Shown one piece after another: positions 62,742-64,000 of a stretch of DNA of 64,000 nucleotides. Location of the stretch: positions 5,447 to 69,446 of the forward strand of contig JADJHE010000018.1 in NCBI GenBank assembly GCA_016707685.1, given 5' to 3'. Source of the DNA: Bacteroidota bacterium (lineage in GTDB: Bacteria; Bacteroidota; Bacteroidia; 2-12-FULL-35-15). A program made the translations under genes and the position numbers. The notes below the pieces were generated by a model. The model was given only the letters and a program-made list of their open reading frames with translations, ran no database searches and had not been told where the DNA came from. Positions within the stretch are counted from its first letter, which is position 1. Each line of letters opens with the position of its first letter.

Positions 62742-63995
62742 TTATTTTTTTATGAATTTAATCGTGAATATTTTATTTGATTCAATTTGTCTAATGGTCA
62801 AAAAATATAGTCCTGGCAGTAAACTAACCTGAACTTCTCCATTGTATATTTCATCTGTATAAACTAATTGTCCAACTGAATTGTAAACTGTCAAATCTAC
62901 CGCACCAATAACCCCTTCAATTTTGAATGAATTCTCAATCGGGTTCGGGAATATTTTAATACTTGAGGCAAAATAATAATCGTCAACACTTAATGGTAAA
63001 GAACAATTTGATGGAATGGAGTCGGTTGAATAGAAATCGGAACAAGTAGCACAAAAAACACTTTTAAAAAAGCAACTAGCTCTTTGGGCTCTAAATACAC
63101 TACTAGCATTCCTAAATATTCCGTGATCACCAGTTGTATCTACCGTTAGTTCACTACAAACATTATTCGCAGTCAAATCACTATGTAAAGCTCTTGAACC
63201 ATTGAGGGTATAATTAATAAAAGAATTATCACCATCAATTAATACAGTCGTGTCCTGTTCTCCATGAAATGCAATGGTCGGAATCATCTCATTTATATCA
63301 ACTTCACTCTCAGTTACACCTCCCCAATTATTAAAAACACCTTTTACTGAATATGTATTCGTTAAATTATTACCCGATGTAAGCAGATTTCCTAACTCAA
63401 CACTTGTAGCAGTTGCATTATACAACAAGGATATACTGTCAAGTTCAAATTGGTTGGCATACACCATACCCAACGAAAGCAAGGAACCTGCGCTTTGTCC
63501 TCCAACAAATAACCAACTGGTATCAATTCTAACTGCATTTGCATTGTTAACGACATATCTCATTGCAGCATGTCCGTCTTGAATTGCTCTGTATCTGGCT
63601 TTGTACTGACCGTATTCGGAAAAGTCATGACCAAGTCGATAGTTTATAGAGGCGCAAACAAAACCCCTCAAGGCTAAATGAATACATAAATCCCTAATGT
63701 CTCCAGATTGTTTGTCGCCCGATGAAAAACCTCCACCATGAGCTAACATTATGAATGGACGTTTGGGAGACAAATCAACAGCTAAGTTTGGATAATAGAG
63801 ATCCAATAGAAGTGTATCAGGATTTCCCTGAAAGTCTTGAGCAATACCATATTGGATATTTGACCCTATTGTAATTTCAGTAGAATCGAAAAAAGGAACT
63901 TCGGTGTATCTAGAGTCGTTAGAACAATACTGAGCACTTGCTTTTCCGAATAGAACAAAGAAAACTATCGTTAAAATTAATATTTTATATTTCAT
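62742..63995 (-). CDS. secreted alpha/beta-hydrolase (carboxylesterase/lipase-like) with T9SS C-terminal sorting domain
   Basis: Signal peptide, HGGGF oxyanion motif (MLAHGGGFSSGD) and nucleophile elbow GGQSAGS. The CTD reads IKIFPNPIENSFKI...GLYFLTI...FIKK. Confidence 0.8.
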   Translation of the reverse strand: MKYKILILTIVFFVLFGKASAQYCSNDSRYTEVPFFDSTEITIGSNIQYGIAQDFQGNPDTLLLDLYYPNLAVDLSPKRPFIMLAHGGGFSSGDKQSGDIRDLCIHLALRGFVCASINYRLGHDFSEYGQYKARYRAIQDGHAAMRYVVNNANAVRIDTSWLFVGGQSAGSLLSLGMVYANQFELDSISLLYNATATSVELGNLLTSGNNLTNTYSVKGVFNNWGGVTESEVDINEMIPTIAFHGEQDTTVLIDGDNSFINYTLNGSRALHSDLTANNVCSELTVDTTGDHGIFRNASSVFRAQRASCFFKSVFCATCSDFYSTDSIPSNCSLPLSVDDYYFASSIKIFPNPIENSFKIEGVIGAVDLTVYNSVGQLVYTDEIYNGEVQVSLLPGLYFLTIRQIESNKIFTIKFIKK

Positions 63996-64000
63996 GTCGC

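Noticed and set aside
1-64000. Search for CRISPR arrays, IS elements, integrases, phage or conjugation genes, and toxin-antitoxin pairs
   Set aside because: None found. The only tandem repetition is in-frame coding repeats (1560-5440). No transposase or integrase motifs or terminal inverted repeats were recognised.

Overview
AT-rich chromosomal segment with clear Bacteroidota (Flavobacteriia-like) hallmarks: at least three proteins with C-terminal T9SS sorting domains, TAnnTTTG-type promoter boxes, a TonB-dependent receptor plus surface lipoprotein operon, and a fused E1 alpha/beta 2-oxoacid dehydrogenase. It is densely packed with about 58 protein genes. Most are housekeeping (pcm, ilvE, fabG, purK, purE, sucD, mnmE, nth, BCKDH E1) or envelope and secreted proteins. 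I found no rRNA, tRNA, CRISPR array, transposase, integrase or phage genes. One RNA element is well supported: a cobalamin riboswitch (about 14345-14527, minus) heading an operon of TonB receptor, beta-propeller lipoprotein and PP-loop ATPase. The most important global observation is that about 17 genes, including essential ones, are split by frameshifts. Every junction I rebuilt by hand sits in a homopolymer run, so the likeliest cause is homopolymer-length sequencing error, not decay. I therefore report merged gene spans flagged 'frameshifted as sequenced'. I did not find a convincing new multi-gene system such as a defence island. The best candidates for follow-up are: (i) the Dph6/MJ0570-type PP-loop ATPase translationally coupled into the B12-riboswitch uptake operon; (ii) a three-gene envelope glycosylation module (methyltransferase-GT2 fusion, GT-C-like membrane enzyme with a fascin-like beta-trefoil tail, and a vWA-like membrane protein); (iii) a giant secreted protein of about 1580 aa with about 20 TPR-like modules; and (iv) a co-directional islet of small stress/metal genes (56.4-62.6 kb) with two substitution-type gene lesions and unusually long, motif-containing spacers. 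All functional calls come from motif recognition by eye, with no database search.
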